Source: Gemmatimonadales bacterium (GTDB lineage Bacteria > Gemmatimonadota > Gemmatimonadetes > Gemmatimonadales > GWC2-71-9). Taken from it: a stretch of DNA of 64,000 nt. The notes below the pieces were generated by a model. The model searched no databases. It was not told where the DNA came from and worked only from the letters and a program-made list of their open reading frames with translations. The translations under genes and the position numbers were made by a program. Positions 8,744-18,252 of this stretch are shown piece after piece (the first letter of the stretch is position 1; every line of letters begins with the position of its first letter). The stretch lies in assembly GCA_041615815.1 (NCBI GenBank), contig JBFJCP010000008.1, positions 63,154 through 127,153 on the forward strand. Reading direction: 5' to 3'.

Positions 8744-10390
8744 TTACATCGGCGCGGCCTCGGTGAGTGGCAAACGCACGAAGAAGCTCGCACCCTCTCC
8801 TTCCACGCTCTCAGCCCAGACCTTGCCACCGAGAGACTCGACGATGCTCTTGGTAATGGCCAGGCCTAATCCCGCACCGCCGTGTGTGCGCGTGGTGGGA
8901 GCGGCCAGCTGCGTGAATTTCTCGAATACCCGATCCAGCTGCGAGCTCGGGATGCCAGGCCCCTCGTCCGCCACTTCGAGAACGGCGTGCGTCTCATCGG
9001 AACTGCACCGCAGCTTTACCTTGCCCGACGGCGGTGTATGTCTGATCGCATTCGACAGCAAGTTGACGACGACCTGCTCCAATCGGTCCGCTTCGCCGAG
9101 GACGATGGCTCGTTGACCGTTTGACGTCAGCGCGATGGCGACGTCGCGTTCCAAGGCGAGCCCTTCGACGGCGGTCGCTGCTCGTGAGACCACATCGGTC
9201 AAGCAGACAGGCACCACTTTGGGGACAACCTGCCCACTCCGCATCCGAGACAGGTCCAGCAGGTCATCCACGAGCCGAACGAGCCGCTCGAGGTTGCGGA
9301 GCGCCACGTCCACCAACTCGACACTTTCGGCGTTGATGCTGCCGCACACGCCACCCCGCAACAAATGCAAGGACGTCTTCATCGAGGTGAGGGGCGTACG
9401 CATCTCGTGGCTCACGATGGACACGAATTCGTCTTTGGCGAGATCGAGCGTGGCCTCCCGCGTGACATCACGAAGGACTATCAGATGGCCGAGCAGGTCG
9501 CCGTCCGCTCCGCGGACAGGTGTCACGGTGCGATCGTAAATCGATCTCGCCGCTGGCCCGAATTCGACCCGGTCCCTCAGCCGTCCATGTGGATTTTGGA
9601 GCGCAACTACTTGTGCCTCGATCGCCAAGCTATCGACGAGCCGCCTGCCCAGGGCGTGATGAATCGTGGTGATGGGGGTTCCCACAAGGCGATCGGGCGG
9701 CCGACCCAGGAGTTTCGCCATTTCTTGGTTCACGTACGCAGCCACGCCGTCACTGGCCAGGAGGATCGCCGCATCACTGGAGTCGATGAGAGCTTTCAGA
9801 CGAGTCCGCTCAGACTCGACGGCCGCGTGTTTCTCAGCAAGCTCTTCGCGCTGGCGGTGAATCGTTGCCAACAGGTTCGAATATTGGATCGACAATTCGA
9901 TCTGCCGCGCCAAAAGCGTAGCGAGATCGAGGTCGGCGTCATCGTAGCTAGCGGAAGTACCCGAACCGAAGTTGAGCGTCCCGATGATCTCGCCGTTCAT
10001 GTGTAGCGGGACAACGATCACCGAAATGCTTGCTTCGCCCTCGATCCGGATATCACCAGTGCCTGAGAAACCCTCCGTTCGGATTGGACAGCCGGTCTTG
10101 ATGGCTCTACCAGTCAATCCACTCTCGACAGGAAAACGTCGATCGACTCGCACAAACCCGTTGCGCGCGGCGTCATACAGGGTGTGGAGGTAGTACTCCG
10201 AGCGATCGTCCGAGACCAAGGTGACGCTGGCCCGTCTGAATTCCAGCACCCGTTGCAGCTTTGGGATGGCCGCGCTCACGATTTCGCCCAGGTCGTACGA
10301 GCTGTTCACGAGCGAGGCCAGCTCGACGACTACCTCGAGGCGCCGAACTGCCGATCGGATTCCGTCCGTACCCTCGGCTGGCGCGATCAC
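8744..10390 (-). CDS. GAF-PAS sensor histidine kinase (cytoplasmic)
   Basis: GAF region, PAS-like region, H-box SHEMRTPL, N-box NLLSNA, DEGPGI, GGAGLGL. No TM helices. Confidence 0.92.
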   Translation of the reverse strand: MIAPAEGTDGIRSAVRRLEVVVELASLVNSSYDLGEIVSAAIPKLQRVLEFRRASVTLVSDDRSEYYLHTLYDAARNGFVRVDRRFPVESGLTGRAIKTGCPIRTEGFSGTGDIRIEGEASISVIVVPLHMNGEIIGTLNFGSGTSASYDDADLDLATLLARQIELSIQYSNLLATIHRQREELAEKHAAVESERTRLKALIDSSDAAILLASDGVAAYVNQEMAKLLGRPPDRLVGTPITTIHHALGRRLVDSLAIEAQVVALQNPHGRLRDRVEFGPAARSIYDRTVTPVRGADGDLLGHLIVLRDVTREATLDLAKDEFVSIVSHEMRTPLTSMKTSLHLLRGGVCGSINAESVELVDVALRNLERLVRLVDDLLDLSRMRSGQVVPKVVPVCLTDVVSRAATAVEGLALERDVAIALTSNGQRAIVLGEADRLEQVVVNLLSNAIRHTPPSGKVKLRCSSDETHAVLEVADEGPGIPSSQLDRVFEKFTQLAAPTTRTHGGAGLGLAITKSIVESLGGKVWAESVEGEGASFFVRLPLTEAAPM

Positions 10391-10749
10391 GGCGAGGCCT
10401 CAAGGGAGCCCAGATACCGCTCGCACTCCAGCTCCAGTTGCTGGAGCTCTGTTTGCGCAACGGCGATTTGGTCGTGCGTCGGGGATGTCCCCCCCACCCA
10501 ACCGCGCGCCAGGTCAGTCAGCCGGTTGGCGTGACTGAGCAGGACATCCGCCCGAAAGCACGCCGCGGCCCCTTTGAGAGAGTGAGCTTTTCTGAAGAAG
10601 TCGTGACGGTGGTAGTCATCGGGACAACGCGAGACCGCTTCCAGGTCTTCACGCAACGCCACGATCCGCGCCGCCAGACCTACCGCAAACTGACGTCGCA
10701 CTGTCCCGATCCCGTCGCCGTCGCCACTACTGTTCGGGAGCATTGGCAT
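10387..10749 (-). CDS. stand-alone HPt phosphotransfer protein
   Basis: AHSLKGAA HPt motif, GGAGGG RBS, stop overlaps the kinase start. Confidence 0.8.
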   Translation of the reverse strand: MPMLPNSSGDGDGIGTVRRQFAVGLAARIVALREDLEAVSRCPDDYHRHDFFRKAHSLKGAAACFRADVLLSHANRLTDLARGWVGGTSPTHDQIAVAQTELQQLELECERYLGSLEASP

Positions 10750-11152
10750 TCTGCCCTCCACAAAGCTCGAGAATCTGCGCTGCCACCCGATCCGGATCGA
10801 AAGGCTTTGCCAACACCCCAGCGATGCCAAGCGCATGGATCCGATCCTCGTCGAGTTCTCTTCGGGCTGTGAGCAGTACAAGAGGGATGTGGGCCGTTGC
10901 TGAATCGTGTTTCAGGCGACGGCACACCTCGTAGCCATCCATTCCGGGCATCATGAGATCCACGACGACCGCGTCCGGAAGGAGAGTCTTCACCGCCTGC
11001 AGGCCACACGGCCCGTCCTCCGCGGTGGTCACCTCCCAACCGGAGGTATACTCGAGGGTGATCTTGATGAGCGCCCGCAGATCGGGATCGTCTTCAATCA
11101 AAACGACCCGAAAGTCCGTCTCCACGGATCCCCCTGCACTCTGAGTAGCCAT
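10727..11152 (-). CDS. single-domain response regulator
   Basis: LIEDD, DLMMPGMDG, LTA, KPF. Confidence 0.9.
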   Translation of the reverse strand: MATQSAGGSVETDFRVVLIEDDPDLRALIKITLEYTSGWEVTTAEDGPCGLQAVKTLLPDAVVVDLMMPGMDGYEVCRRLKHDSATAHIPLVLLTARRELDEDRIHALGIAGVLAKPFDPDRVAAQILELCGGQNANAPEQ

Positions 11153-11214
11153 GCGATCCTCAAGCTTCCGCGTAGCCTTGCCGATACTAAGTGTCGGCCA
11201 TTCAGGAGGGACTC

Positions 11215-11820
11215 TTGAGCGACCATACGATCCTGTTCGTCGACGACGACCCGGATATTTTGCGACTGCTCAGTTCGCATTTTGAGAGGCTTGGCCATCG
11301 GGTACACGCCGCGAGCACTGGCGAAGAGGGCATCGCGATGTACCGGCGTTTTGGCCCCGATGTGACGGTGCTGGACCTCGTGCTGCCAGACATGTCCGGC
11401 CTCGACGTGCTGAGGGTCCTGCGAGACGACCGCGCGATGGTCATCATGCTGACGGGCCATGACGACGTGGCTGCAGCGGTGGAGGCCATGCGATTGGGTG
11501 CCGAGAACTTCTTGCAGAAGGGCTTCGATCTCACTCATCTGCAGATGGCCGTGGAGAAGGCGGCGGAAAAGGGCACGCTGGTGACCGTCAACAGGCGGCT
11601 CGAAGCCCGCCTGCGCCCCAGCCTGGGCCGAAGGCTCAAATCTGCCGGCATGATGGCCGTGCTCTTGGGGGCAGCGATAGGGATTGGCCACGCGATCGGG
11701 AGGAGCGAACAGGCCGATCGACCGCTTCCCAGAATGGCCGTCCCTCCCGATGACGGGGATACGGTGAAGCCGGAATCGTGGGTCCCGGGATCCGGGGCTC
11801 CTGGAGCTGCACCCAATTGA
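11215..11820 (+). CDS. receiver domain fused to a transmembrane helix
   Basis: TTG after AGGAGGG. FVDDD, LDLVLPD, MLTG, AVEAMRLGA, then MMAVLLGAAIGIGHAI. Confidence 0.75.
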   Translation: MSDHTILFVDDDPDILRLLSSHFERLGHRVHAASTGEEGIAMYRRFGPDVTVLDLVLPDMSGLDVLRVLRDDRAMVIMLTGHDDVAAAVEAMRLGAENFLQKGFDLTHLQMAVEKAAEKGTLVTVNRRLEARLRPSLGRRLKSAGMMAVLLGAAIGIGHAIGRSEQADRPLPRMAVPPDDGDTVKPESWVPGSGAPGAAPN

Positions 11821-11981
11821 ACCGCGGCTCGATTTGGGAAGAGACGGGACCCGCGCGAGTGCGGGCTTCCCATCCGCAGCACATGTAATCCACATCACCC
11901 TGGTGACGGACTCAGGTCACCGCGTACGGGAACCGCTGGGATGTAGGTTGCTGTTTCACTACTGAAGGATCAACGCACACA

Positions 11982-12848
11982 ATGGGAAACATGACTCCAC
12001 GCGTCGGGGCGCCCTGGCGGGTCGTAGACATTGCACATGGTAATCGGCGGCCGCTCATCCTCTGGTTGCTGATCGCCGTGTTCCTCGCGGTCGGTTGTGG
12101 CCAAGGATCCCTCTTGGATCCCGGTGCCGGTGACGGGAACTCCGGACCACCGCCGCCACCGCCGGCAACCGGAGGGCAACAGCTCTTCTACGAATGTCTG
12201 TTTTCCAACGGGAGCGGGCAGTGGACGGGCAACGCGGTCGGCTGTACGGGCTCGGTCGGCTTCAGCCACGCCGCCATGGTCAACACGCTGAGTCCGGGTG
12301 GTGGGACGTCCTGGGTCTCCGAGGGTGACGGCGTCTTCAACGTTGACTTCCCCGGTCAGGGAGGGTGCTCGGGCGCCATGGGCGACGATGGGTTCCCCGC
12401 CTGTAACGGCATGGTGGCGGTCGTGTTCGACACGCCCATTGCCTTCCCCGTGTGGGTGCGGATCGTGGATCGCTTGAGCGCCGGGTGGGTGAGCGGCGTC
12501 GCCTACAAGTGGCAACGCTGGAACGACAACGCCAACAGCCAACCGGGGCTGGGCATTTGGGAGGACGCCGTGGGATGCGCGGGCGCGCTGTGGTTCGCCC
12601 GCAGCAACGATGGGTTGTGCTTGGGAGACGACGATTGGGAAGGACAGTGGAACGTGTGGGACATTCATTTGCTCGGCGACGCCGTCGAGGTGTTCCGCAA
12701 CAACGAGTTGGTGCACACCGGCCCGGAAGACAGCGCCGCCAACCTCGCCATCTATCAATTCGGGGCCAACCTCAATCACAACCCACCCTCGCCACAGATC
12801 CGGAGCTTCGACTACCTGGCCATCAGCAGAGATCGGTTGCCACAGTAG
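11982..12848 (+). CDS. hypothetical lipoprotein, Cys/Trp/Gly-rich
   Basis: Hydrophobic stretch and LAVGC lipobox, Pro linker, beta-rich domain. Confidence 0.65.
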   Translation: MGNMTPRVGAPWRVVDIAHGNRRPLILWLLIAVFLAVGCGQGSLLDPGAGDGNSGPPPPPPATGGQQLFYECLFSNGSGQWTGNAVGCTGSVGFSHAAMVNTLSPGGGTSWVSEGDGVFNVDFPGQGGCSGAMGDDGFPACNGMVAVVFDTPIAFPVWVRIVDRLSAGWVSGVAYKWQRWNDNANSQPGLGIWEDAVGCAGALWFARSNDGLCLGDDDWEGQWNVWDIHLLGDAVEVFRNNELVHTGPEDSAANLAIYQFGANLNHNPPSPQIRSFDYLAISRDRLPQ

Positions 12849-12982
12849 CCCCGCACCGGTCCCCGAGGGCGAACGCCCCGGCCGCGCCGGGGCGTTGGGC
12901 TCCTGGCACCGTTCCGACCGATCCCGCCTGACTGGTAATCGATTGGCTTGCAATCACTTCCACATGAATCCGTCTCCCTCGC

Positions 12983-13012
12983 TTGACTTGGGATTCCGGC
13001 CGGCACTATCAT
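12983..13012 (+). promoter_or_regulatory. sigma70 promoter of the proBA leader
   Basis: TTGACT-N18-TATCAT. Confidence 0.65.
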
Positions 13013-13020
13013 GCGCCGCC

Positions 13021-13131
13021 ATGGTGTCTTCGACCCGCAGCATGCACGCTCCTTCCGCGAGCCTCCAGCGTCACCTGAGGAGGCCTGGCCGGCTGCCCGC
13101 CACACCGGCGGAGGGGCGTCCTAGCGGGTAA
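13021..13131 (+). CDS. putative proBA leader peptide (36 aa, 5 Pro)
   Basis: ATG 8 nt after the -10 box. MVSSTRSMHAPSASLQRHLRRPGRLPATPAEGRPSG*, ending 34 nt before a terminator. Confidence 0.4.
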   Translation: MVSSTRSMHAPSASLQRHLRRPGRLPATPAEGRPSG

Positions 13132-13165
13132 CGGGCACGGCGCAGTGAGCCCACGGCGGTACTGA

Positions 13166-13199
13166 CCCGCAAGGAATGCTCCTTGCGGGCTCTTTTTTT
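13166..13199 (+). terminator. intrinsic terminator (attenuator) in the proBA leader
   Basis: CCCGCAAGGA-ATGC-TCCTTGCGGG then CTC and T7, 20 nt before the proB start. Confidence 0.85.
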
Positions 13200-13219
13200 G
13201 ACGCAACGGCAGGGGAGCT

Positions 13220-14431
13220 GTGACCCAACCGTACGAGACGAATGGACACGCCCGATTGCGCATCGCCCGCGATGCGCGCCGCGTGGTGGTCAAGCTCGGG
13301 ACAACGGTGCTCACCGAGGACGATGGCCGTGTGGCTCTCGGTCGGCTGCAATCATTCGTCGAATCCATCGTGGAGCTGTGGAATTCCGGACGGGAAGCCC
13401 TGCTGGTTTCTTCCGGTGCCATTGGCCTCGGTGCCACTCGCCTGGGCGTGCAGGGCGAGCTCCGCTCGCTGATCGTCAAGCAGGCTTGCGCCGCCGTCGG
13501 ACAGGGGCGCCTGATGTCTCTGTACGCCGACGCGTTCGAGCGACGCGGGGTTGTGGCCGCGCAGCTCCTCGTCACGGCGGGAGATCTCTCGAACCGCGAG
13601 CGGTATCTCAACCTTCGTAGCACGATCGGAAAGCTCCTCGAGCTGAACGTGGTACCGGTCATCAACGAGAACGACACCGTCTCCACCGAGGAGCTCCGAC
13701 CTATCCCAGGTTCGGGCCCGCGCACTGTCAATTTTGGTGACAACGACAAGCTGTCAGCGCTCGTGGCCGCGAAGGTCGAAGCCGATCTCCTGCTCCTGCT
13801 CACGGATGTCGATGCGCTGTACACGGGAGATCCCCGCCTCACGCCCACGGTTCACCCCATTGCCGTCGTCGACGAAGTGACTCCCGCCATCGAGCAACTC
13901 GCTGGAGGCGCCAATGCGGGACGTGGTGGGATGCGTACGAAACTTGAGGCTGCTCGGATCGCCACGCACTCCGGTTGTGCGGTGATCGTGGCCAACGGTA
14001 AGGTCCCCGATGTGATCGAGCGCATATTCCGCGGTGAACCACTCGGCACCCTGTTTCTCCCTCGACGTGGCTTGTCCGGCAAGCGCCGCTGGATCGCCTT
14101 CGCCACGACGGTGAGCGCGGCCCTCGTGGTGCGGGATGGCGCGCGCCGCGCGCTCGAGCAGCGCAAGGCGTCCTTGCTCCCAGTGGGCGTTGCCGAGGTG
14201 CGGGGGTCGTTTGAGCGAGGCGACGTCGTGAGTATTCTGGATGAGTCGGGGATCGAGTTCGCCCGAGGCATCGTCAATTGCTCGAGTGCCGACGCGAAGA
14301 AGATCTCGGGACTCAGGTCCGAGAACGTCCAGGAGCTCCTGGGCTACGGCGACGAGCTCGTCACCCGTAACAACATCGCGTTTCTCAAAGAGGGGCCCCA
14401 TGCACCTCGAGCGTCAGACGGCCCGCAGTAG
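13220..14431 (+). CDS. proB: glutamate 5-kinase
   Basis: [44 protein letters not shown]-terminal PUA domain. Confidence 0.95.
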   Translation: MTQPYETNGHARLRIARDARRVVVKLGTTVLTEDDGRVALGRLQSFVESIVELWNSGREALLVSSGAIGLGATRLGVQGELRSLIVKQACAAVGQGRLMSLYADAFERRGVVAAQLLVTAGDLSNRERYLNLRSTIGKLLELNVVPVINENDTVSTEELRPIPGSGPRTVNFGDNDKLSALVAAKVEADLLLLLTDVDALYTGDPRLTPTVHPIAVVDEVTPAIEQLAGGANAGRGGMRTKLEAARIATHSGCAVIVANGKVPDVIERIFRGEPLGTLFLPRRGLSGKRRWIAFATTVSAALVVRDGARRALEQRKASLLPVGVAEVRGSFERGDVVSILDESGIEFARGIVNCSSADAKKISGLRSENVQELLGYGDELVTRNNIAFLKEGPHAPRASDGPQ

Positions 14432-15743
14432 CACCGTAACCGACATCGCGCGGCGAGCGAAGCTGGCCGCCGCATCACTCGCTGGTCTGCAGGCAGAAGA
14501 TCGCAATCGGGCCTTGCGCGCCGTGGCACGCGCTCTCACTGAGCAAGCCGACGAAATCCTCGAGGCGAACGCGCGCGACCTCGCAGCGGCGCAGCCGCAG
14601 GTGGCATCTGGCAACATGTCCGAGGCATTGTTTCACCGCCTCGAGTTATCCGCATCCAAGCTCGGCGGCGTGGTGACGGGTATCGAGCGTCTGGCCCAGC
14701 TCGACGATCCGATCGGTCGTATCACGTTTGGCATGGATCTCGACCAGGGCTTGCACCTCTCCCGCGTCACCTGTCCCATCGGGGTGGTGGGGGTGATCTT
14801 CGAGGCCCGTCCCGACGCCCTGCCGCAGATTGCCGCCCTTTGTCTCAAGAGCGGTAACGCCGTGTTGCTCAAAGGTGGGAGCGAAGCACGGGAATCCAAT
14901 CGTGCGCTAGCACGCGCGATTGGGACTGCGGCCACCGCGGAGGGGGTGCCCGCCGACGCCTTTGCGCTGCTCGAGAGCCGCGAGGACGTGGCGGCGTTGC
15001 TGGGCGCGGAACCGTGGGTCGATCTCATCATCCCCCGCGGCTCCAGCGAGCTCGTCCGTCACATTCAGGCCAACACGGCGATCCCGGTCCTCGGCCACGC
15101 CGAGGGCGTCTGCCACGTGTATGTGGATGCGGCGGCAGACCTCGACAAGGCACTGGCGATCGTCATCGATTCCAAAGTACAGTACCCCGCTGCTTGCAAC
15201 GCCGCCGAAGGCCTGCTCGTGCATCGCGCGGTCGCACCCACGTTCCTTCCCTGCGTGGTTACGGCACTTCGGCAGCATGCCGTCGAGCTGCGCTGCGACG
15301 ACGTGGCGCGTGCGCTCGTCGGGCCCGCCGACGTCGTGCCGGCAACCGCGGCCGACTGGGGAACGGAATTCGGCGATCTCATACTCGCGATCCGTGTGGT
15401 GGATTCGCTCGACGAGGCTATACGGCACGTCAACACGCACGGCTCCCGACACACCGAAACCATCGTGACCCAAGACCACGCCGCATCCCAGCGCTATTTC
15501 GCCGAAGTCGACGCGGCGGGGGTGTTTCTGAATGCTTCCACCCGGTTTGCGGACGGATACCGCTACGGGTTCGGCGCGGAGGTCGGCATCAGCACGGGCA
15601 AGCTCCATCCGCGGGGGCCCGTGGGCATCGACGGGCTAGTGACGTACAAATACCAGCTGGAGGGGGACGGACACGTCGTGGCGCAATACACTGGACCGAA
15701 TGCGAAACCGTTCGTGCATGTCCGGCGGGATCTGAGGGCGTAA
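14400..15743 (+). CDS. proA: gamma-glutamyl phosphate reductase
   Basis: [54 protein letters not shown]. Confidence 0.95.
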   Translation: MHLERQTARSSTVTDIARRAKLAAASLAGLQAEDRNRALRAVARALTEQADEILEANARDLAAAQPQVASGNMSEALFHRLELSASKLGGVVTGIERLAQLDDPIGRITFGMDLDQGLHLSRVTCPIGVVGVIFEARPDALPQIAALCLKSGNAVLLKGGSEARESNRALARAIGTAATAEGVPADAFALLESREDVAALLGAEPWVDLIIPRGSSELVRHIQANTAIPVLGHAEGVCHVYVDAAADLDKALAIVIDSKVQYPAACNAAEGLLVHRAVAPTFLPCVVTALRQHAVELRCDDVARALVGPADVVPATAADWGTEFGDLILAIRVVDSLDEAIRHVNTHGSRHTETIVTQDHAASQRYFAEVDAAGVFLNASTRFADGYRYGFGAEVGISTGKLHPRGPVGIDGLVTYKYQLEGDGHVVAQYTGPNAKPFVHVRRDLRA

Positions 15744-15808
15744 CGAGCCCGCGTACGTCCTTCTGGCTCGAGCAGTGGCAAGCAGGGCGTTCGGCCAGCG
15801 AGCTCGAA

Positions 15809-15881
<73 letters not shown>

Positions 15882-15923
15882 CGGGCGGAGAATTATAATC
15901 GCCTCGTCCGCACCCCGCTCCCC

Positions 15924-16436
15924 CTAACCCGATTCCACGTCGTCGTCATCGTACGGCGGTAGCTCGGTGGCGTCCGGGTAGCGCTCCCGCACTCGCTCGA
16001 TTACCTCTCGGGCCCGCTCCGGGTCTTTTTTGACGGTTCGGTAGATCTCCTCCAACCGGATGGCGGCATTGATCTCGACTTGTCGCGAGGCTCGGTGATC
16101 CAGATGGCTCTCGAGCAGTCGGATCGTGTCGTCCAGACTTGGCCGGATGTTGGGTGGCGGTCCGTCACCGGCACCCGAGACGAAGATATGCGCCGCCCAC
16201 TCGCCAAAGGGCTCGAGCACGTGCTCCACGAGAAGATCCCAACTCAACCATAAGATCCCGAACACGCCGGCGGCGACGAACCACCGGGTGTCCTCGCGAA
16301 AGACGAGACCACTCAAACCGGAGAAGATGGTCGCGGCGCCGAACACGATTCGGAGCACGCGGCTGACGCTGATCGGCGATTCGTTCTTGCGCATCCGTTC
16401 AGTGGAAAGATGGGCCCCCGGGAAGCACGAAGCCAT
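15924..16436 (-). CDS. hypothetical membrane protein
   Basis: Two TM helices and a helical, TPR-like C-terminus. Confidence 0.65.
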   Translation of the reverse strand: MASCFPGAHLSTERMRKNESPISVSRVLRIVFGAATIFSGLSGLVFREDTRWFVAAGVFGILWLSWDLLVEHVLEPFGEWAAHIFVSGAGDGPPPNIRPSLDDTIRLLESHLDHRASRQVEINAAIRLEEIYRTVKKDPERAREVIERVRERYPDATELPPYDDDDVESG

Positions 16437-16483
16437 GGGGAGACGAGGTGCGACGAGCGGTGGCCCGGAGTACTATTGACCCG

Positions 16484-17221
16484 ATGATGGAAGCGGCCCC
16501 GCTCGCGGGACGACGCATCGTAGTGACCCGGCCCGAGGGAGATGCCCAACATCTGGCAGCCCGCCTCCGCGCCCTGGGTGCCACGCCGATCGTCGTTCCT
16601 GCAATCCGGATCGAGTTTACCGACCCCCCGGAGCTCCGGGAGGCACTCGGTCGGCTCGCGGCCTACGACTGGATCGTCTTCACGAGCCGAAACGGCGTGA
16701 ACGCCGTATTCCGGCTCGTGCGGAGCCTCGAGGGACCCCGGGTGGCCGCCATTGGTCCGGTCACCGCAGCGGCCCTCAGGGAACGGGGCGCGTCGCCCGA
16801 TGTGGTACCAGGAGAATTCGTCGCAGAGGCCGTAGCTGCCGCGCTGGGCGACGTGCGCGGGGAGCATATCTTGCTGCCGCGCGCCGACCTGGCCCGTCCC
16901 ACGCTCGCCCAGCTGTTGCGCGAGGGCGGGGCAACCGTGGACGCGGTTACCGCCTACCACACCCACGACGCCAGCTCCGAGCGTCCCGACCTGAGCAACG
17001 TGGACGCCGTGACGTTCACCAGCTCGTCCACCGTCAGGGGATTCTTGACCGGAGGTCCCCTACCCCTCGGTGCCAAAGTCGTCTGCATCGGGCCCGTCAC
17101 CGCTGATACCGCGCGGGAATTGGGACTCGCGGTCCACCATGTCGCCGAACGCTACACCGAAGACGGACTCGTCACGGCGCTCGTGCACGCATTCGCTCCG
17201 AGCCCCGAGGCCCTGCCGTGA
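16484..17221 (+). CDS. hemD: uroporphyrinogen-III synthase
   Basis: IVVTRP, WIVFTSRNGV, AIGPVTA, FTSSSTV, CIGPVT. Confidence 0.92.
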   Translation: MMEAAPLAGRRIVVTRPEGDAQHLAARLRALGATPIVVPAIRIEFTDPPELREALGRLAAYDWIVFTSRNGVNAVFRLVRSLEGPRVAAIGPVTAAALRERGASPDVVPGEFVAEAVAAALGDVRGEHILLPRADLARPTLAQLLREGGATVDAVTAYHTHDASSERPDLSNVDAVTFTSSSTVRGFLTGGPLPLGAKVVCIGPVTADTARELGLAVHHVAERYTEDGLVTALVHAFAPSPEALP

Positions 17222-18252
17222 CGGAACACCGGCAGTGCGTACGCTACCTGTTCTTGCGGATCCAGTCCGCCTGGCGGCGGTTGCCCTCGGACACACAGGT
17301 CCACCACAAAGAAGAGTTCGTGGCGACGCTCATGGGTTTTCGTGGCAAGCTCTTGCTCAGGAGCTACAGCCTCATGGGCACCCGCGGAGATTGCGATCTA
17401 CTCCTGTGGCACGTCTCCGACCGCCTCGAGACGCTCCAGGCGTTGGAGACCGCCATCTTCTCGACGGCGCTCGGTGGATATCTCGAGATCGCCCACAGCT
17501 ACTTGGGCCTCACCAAGCGCTCGGAGTACGAATTCCCAGAGCTACCGGATGCCGCCAGTCGGACCGTGATTCGCCCAGCGGACGCGCGCTACCTGTTCGT
17601 CTACCCCTTTGTCAAGCGGCGTGCCTGGTACGCGCTCCCGTTCGTCGAGCGCCAGGAGGCGATGCAAGACCACGTCCGGATCGGCCGGAAATACCCGTCC
17701 ATTCGTATCAACACGACGTACTCGTTTGGCCTCGACGATCAAGAGTTCGTCGTCGTCTTCGAAGGCGACGATCCGGGAGAGTTCTTGGACCTCGTGATGG
17801 AGCTCCGCGGCAGTCCGGCCTCGGCGTACACGGAGCGCGACACCCCCGTGTTCACGTGCATCCAGATGTCACTGTACGACACGTTGGACTCCTTAGGGGG
17901 GGCTGCGCCGGAGCAGCGGGCAGCCGAGGGGAAGGACGAAGCCGACGGTTTTACCGCCGTCGGCTCGATCGCTGACCTTCCGCCGGGGGGCTGCAAGCGT
18001 GTCTACTTGGGCGCGGACGCGGTTGCGCTGTTCAACGTGGGCGGCACGCTCTACGCCATCGCGGACCGCTGTAGCCACGGGCGAGCCTCGCTCTCCGAGG
18101 GAACGGTGGATGAGGCAAGGAACACCCTGCAATGTCCTTGGCACGGTGGACGCTTCGATCTCGCAACCGGACAGCCCACGGCAGGCCCGCCTTCCGCACC
18201 GATCAAAACCTTCCAGGTCAGGGTAAACGGAGAGCACATCTTTGTCCGGTGA
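17218..18252 (+). CDS. coproheme decarboxylase (ChdC/HemQ, chlorite dismutase family) fused to a Rieske ferredoxin
   Basis: YPFVK..WY, H..IG..Y, NTTYSFGLDDQEFVV. C-terminal CSH...CPWHG. Sits within the hem operon. Confidence 0.85.
   Translation: MTEHRQCVRYLFLRIQSAWRRLPSDTQVHHKEEFVATLMGFRGKLLLRSYSLMGTRGDCDLLLWHVSDRLETLQALETAIFSTALGGYLEIAHSYLGLTKRSEYEFPELPDAASRTVIRPADARYLFVYPFVKRRAWYALPFVERQEAMQDHVRIGRKYPSIRINTTYSFGLDDQEFVVVFEGDDPGEFLDLVMELRGSPASAYTERDTPVFTCIQMSLYDTLDSLGGAAPEQRAAEGKDEADGFTAVGSIADLPPGGCKRVYLGADAVALFNVGGTLYAIADRCSHGRASLSEGTVDEARNTLQCPWHGGRFDLATGQPTAGPPSAPIKTFQVRVNGEHIFVR

Noticed and set aside
13140..13200. T-box riboswitch before proB (GGCGGTACTG resembles GGTGGTACCG)
   Set aside because: The invariant UGG that pairs with tRNA CCA is CGG here, and no Stem I/specifier motifs are recognisable. 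It is not formally excluded without an Infernal search.
2794..15743. Dedicated proline cycle cluster (pruA plus proBA)
   Set aside because: The genes are about 9 kb apart with unrelated genes between them, and neither proC nor a proline dehydrogenase is in the window.
17218..17940. True chlorite dismutase / perchlorate respiration
   Set aside because: The hem operon context, YPF Tyr motif, lack of a signal peptide and lack of an evident distal Arg favour ChdC.
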